Positions 61,589 through 64,000 of a stretch of 64,000 bases of DNA are shown here, in pieces. Origin of the DNA: Gallionella sp. GTDB lineage: Bacteria; Pseudomonadota; Gammaproteobacteria; Burkholderiales; Gallionellaceae. A program made the position numbers and the translations under genes. How positions within the stretch are numbered: position 1 is the stretch's first letter; each line of letters begins with the position of its first letter. The notes beneath the pieces were generated by a model. It ran no database searches. It saw only the letters and a program-made list of their open reading frames with translations, and was not told the DNA's origin. The stretch spans positions 5,740-69,739 of the forward strand of contig JADGRL010000005.1 of assembly GCA_017880865.1 (NCBI GenBank), in the 5' to 3' direction.

Positions 61589-62152
61589 TTACTTAACTAC
61601 TTCAGCCTTGATGATGATGACATTTTCTGCTGGCACGTCCTGAGCACCGGTTTTAACCTTGCCGATGGCATCGACCACATCCTTGCCTTCCACTACTTTG
61701 CCGAACACGCAGTAGCCCCAGCTGTCCTGACCGGGATAATTAAGGAAGTCATTGTCTTTGACGTTGATGAAGAATTGAGCGGTAGCGGAATGAGGATCTC
61801 CAGTGCGCGCCATCGCGATGGTGTAGTGGTCATTCTTCAAGCCGTTAGCGGCTTCATTTTTTATCGGTGCATTCACTTTCTTTTGCTTCATGCCGGGCTC
61901 GAAGCCGCCGCCCTGAATCATAAAGTTGCCGATCACGCGGTGGAAGATGGTGCCGTTGTAAAAACCGCTGTTCACATATTCGAGGAAGTTCTTGACGGTG
62001 TTGGGCGCTTTTTCAGCGTCCAGTTGCAAAGTGATGTCGCCTTTGCTGGTGTGCAGTTTGATCATGGTTTTTTTACCTTGAGTTAAAGAATGGGAAGATT
62101 GCATTGTGCAGCACAGCATTAGTGCGAACAGCGCGGTATACAGACGTTTCAT
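61589..62152 (-). CDS. ppiB: Cyclophilin-type peptidyl-prolyl isomerase (start may be later, at MIKLHT)
   Basis: 'APNTVKNF', '[13 protein letters not shown]', '[16 protein letters not shown]', 'YCVFGKV'. Confidence 0.88.
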   Translation of the reverse strand: MKRLYTALFALMLCCTMQSSHSLTQGKKTMIKLHTSKGDITLQLDAEKAPNTVKNFLEYVNSGFYNGTIFHRVIGNFMIQGGGFEPGMKQKKVNAPIKNEAANGLKNDHYTIAMARTGDPHSATAQFFINVKDNDFLNYPGQDSWGYCVFGKVVEGKDVVDAIGKVKTGAQDVPAENVIIIKAEVVK

Positions 62153-62153
62153 T

Positions 62154-63317
62154 TTATGCGGCTCCTTCGTAAATGATTTTCCATTGCTTGTCCTGCTTGA
62201 TCCAGTACTGACGTTTTTTCATCTTGTTGGACAGGTTGCTGCTGCTATAGTCCTGCTCGAAATTGACCACGACCATATCGGGCTGTTCCGGGTAAGTGAA
62301 CATGCTGACATTCGCCAGGCTGACCTTAACCCATGACTTCGCGCTGTTCACCAGTTGCTTTTGTTTAACCCATGCCGGGTAATCTGTGGTGTCGCTTGAG
62401 AAATTGCTTGCGTAATGCTTGAGGTATGCATCGGTGTCGAGGCTGGCCCAATCTTTGCGCCATAGCTCGACTTCCCTTTGCAGGTTTGCATGCTCGGTTT
62501 GATCCTGCTCGCTGTTCCAGTCAATCTGGTTGGCGATGATGACTGGTGTGATGCCGACTTGCAGATAGGGCGCCAGTTTATTCAGGTCGTCATTCGCCAG
62601 CACCACGCAGCCGTTACTCGCGCGCGGGGGACGGCTATAAGTACCGCTGGGTGTGCCATGCAGCCAGATCCCGCTTCCGGCACGCTTGTTTCTGCGATCC
62701 CACTCATTCGGATAGCTGAGCGGATAAGCACCGTTGCCATAGACATCGGCGAGCTGTTTTTTGGGCAATTCTGCCTGGATGAAATACACCCCTATCGGGG
62801 TGCGTTGGTCGCCCGAGAGAAATTTTTCGGTGCCGAGCTTGCCGATCGTGATGTAGAAGTCAGTAACGTAGCGCGGTTCGCCAGCCACGTTCTCATAAAC
62901 GAATAGTGTGGAGCGACTGGTGTCGACTACCAGCGCGTACTTCTGTAGCGCATCCAGCTGCCATAAAAAACGTGGCTTGAGCCTGGTGTCAGATTGAGAT
63001 AACACGCGTTGCAGTCGCACTCGCGCCTCAGCGCGCAGGTCTTCAATTTTGTCGTGAGGGGCATTTGCCGCGCTGCCGAAATTGTTGATCACGCCGGCAT
63101 GCGCCATCAGTAAATCGCCTTTGACCAATTGTGCCAGTTTGAAATTCGGGTTGTCGCGCAACAAGCTGTCCACCTCGTTGAGTGCGAGGTCGAGGTGATT
63201 GCTATTGATGGATTGCAGGCTTTTCACCAGCTGCGCTTCAGTACCATCAGGCTCTGCGTACACCGTGCCTGACAGCAGGCCGCACAGCAATGAAAAAAAG
63301 AGTGTCTGTTTATACAT
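62154..63317 (-). CDS. L,D-transpeptidase (YkuD) with C-terminal NTF2-like domain
   Basis: '[10 protein letters not shown]', 'GIWLHG...SNGCVVL'; 'W..DW.S.D...YL..Y' tail. Confidence 0.88.
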   Translation of the reverse strand: MYKQTLFFSLLCGLLSGTVYAEPDGTEAQLVKSLQSINSNHLDLALNEVDSLLRDNPNFKLAQLVKGDLLMAHAGVINNFGSAANAPHDKIEDLRAEARVRLQRVLSQSDTRLKPRFLWQLDALQKYALVVDTSRSTLFVYENVAGEPRYVTDFYITIGKLGTEKFLSGDQRTPIGVYFIQAELPKKQLADVYGNGAYPLSYPNEWDRRNKRAGSGIWLHGTPSGTYSRPPRASNGCVVLANDDLNKLAPYLQVGITPVIIANQIDWNSEQDQTEHANLQREVELWRKDWASLDTDAYLKHYASNFSSDTTDYPAWVKQKQLVNSAKSWVKVSLANVSMFTYPEQPDMVVVNFEQDYSSSNLSNKMKKRQYWIKQDKQWKIIYEGAA

Positions 63318-63319
63318 GG

Positions 63320-64000
63320 TTATCTGGAGCGCTCTTCCTGAATCAGCCACTTGCCGCCGGATTTCACCATCAGCAAGGTTTTGTTGCCGGAGGTTTTCAG
63401 GTGACTGGCGCGATAGGACTGGCGAAATTTCACAATAGCATGATTGCTATCGGTAGACTGCATGTTCATATTGTGGATATCAATATGGATATATTTTGGC
63501 TTGCTGATGTGCTCACGGCGGGCCGCTTCCCAGGCTGCGCGAGTTTCGCCGTCGGGCGTCTTGAAATCATCCGCATAGAACGACAAATATTTTTTCGTAT
63601 CCTTGGCCGACCACGCGGCAGACCAGGCCTTGACTGTTTCCAGAGCATCCTTGCCATTCACCGGCTTGACTGTGCGTTCAGGAGTTGCGGCGGTGGGTTC
63701 CATTTTAGTAGCAGCTGCGGCAAGCACAGACTGAACGGGCTGGCTCGCCACGGCAATGACGGGCGCTGCCGCTTCAATCCCTCGACAAGGCTCGGGACAT
63801 GCTTTACTCGGGACGGATACTTCAGCTTTGCTCAGGACAGGGTTGCTGCGTGCCGGAGCCTCTTTAATATGCGAGCCATCGGCAAACAGGTTTTGAATCA
63901 TTGCCAGCTTGGTTTGTGTCGCAGGATTACCGTGATCCAGTTGTAAGGCGCGGTCGTAGGCCTGGCTGGCCATCTTGGCATATATGTCGCCGAGGTTCTC
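63320..64000 (-). CDS. TPR + NTF2-like domain protein, C-terminal part (starts beyond window)
   Basis: 'ENLGDIYAKMASQAYDRALQLD' TPR; 'VKAWSAAWSAKD..KYL..YA..F' tail. Confidence 0.8.
   Translation of the reverse strand, partial: ENLGDIYAKMASQAYDRALQLDHGNPATQTKLAMIQNLFADGSHIKEAPARSNPVLSKAEVSVPSKACPEPCRGIEAAAPVIAVASQPVQSVLAAAATKMEPTAATPERTVKPVNGKDALETVKAWSAAWSAKDTKKYLSFYADDFKTPDGETRAAWEAARREHISKPKYIHIDIHNMNMQSTDSNHAIVKFRQSYRASHLKTSGNKTLLMVKSGGKWLIQEERSR

Noticed and set aside
60686-62086. 466-aa plus-strand ORF and other long antisense ORFs (e.g. 8448-9428, 28660-29832, 14500-15483)
   Set aside because: Shadow frames of well-supported opposite-strand genes in GC-rich DNA.

Overview
Mostly core chromosome of a betaproteobacterium (gene order suggests Gallionellaceae-like; inference). 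Core blocks: pilMNOPQ / mrcA, hemB-engB-hemL-thiE-thiD, gloA, lptD-surA-pdxA-rsmA, amgK-murU, a GGDEF-hemerythrin gene, pepP-ubiH, xth, prlC, yqgE-ruvX-pyrB-pyrC', cheR-cheD-cheB, glyA-nrdR-ribD-ribE-ribB-ribH-nusB, thiL-pgpA, lpxH-ppiB and an L,D-transpeptidase. Three accessory patches interrupt them: TA modules at 12.0-13.5 kb, yefM-yoeB plus two AT-rich genes at 34.8-37.1 kb, and a ~15-kb island at 45.3-60.7 kb. The island is the best candidate for an undescribed system: four large 'C-G-G/S-G-G' lipoproteins, three of them divergent from intact or decayed sensor-LuxR-HTH regulator loci that share a duplicated promoter block, plus an alpha/beta hydrolase, an outer-membrane barrel with one nonsense codon and a TA cluster partly bounded by a 105-bp direct repeat. 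The second notable theme is short palindromic repeats: REP-like dyads, a MITE, a hairpin repeat with compensatory stem changes, and two families inserted in frame inside protein genes (ubiH, nuclease, prlC, last gene). A candidate anti-Shine-Dalgarno sRNA lies between hemB and engB. No rRNA, tRNA, CRISPR array, integrase or transposase was seen.
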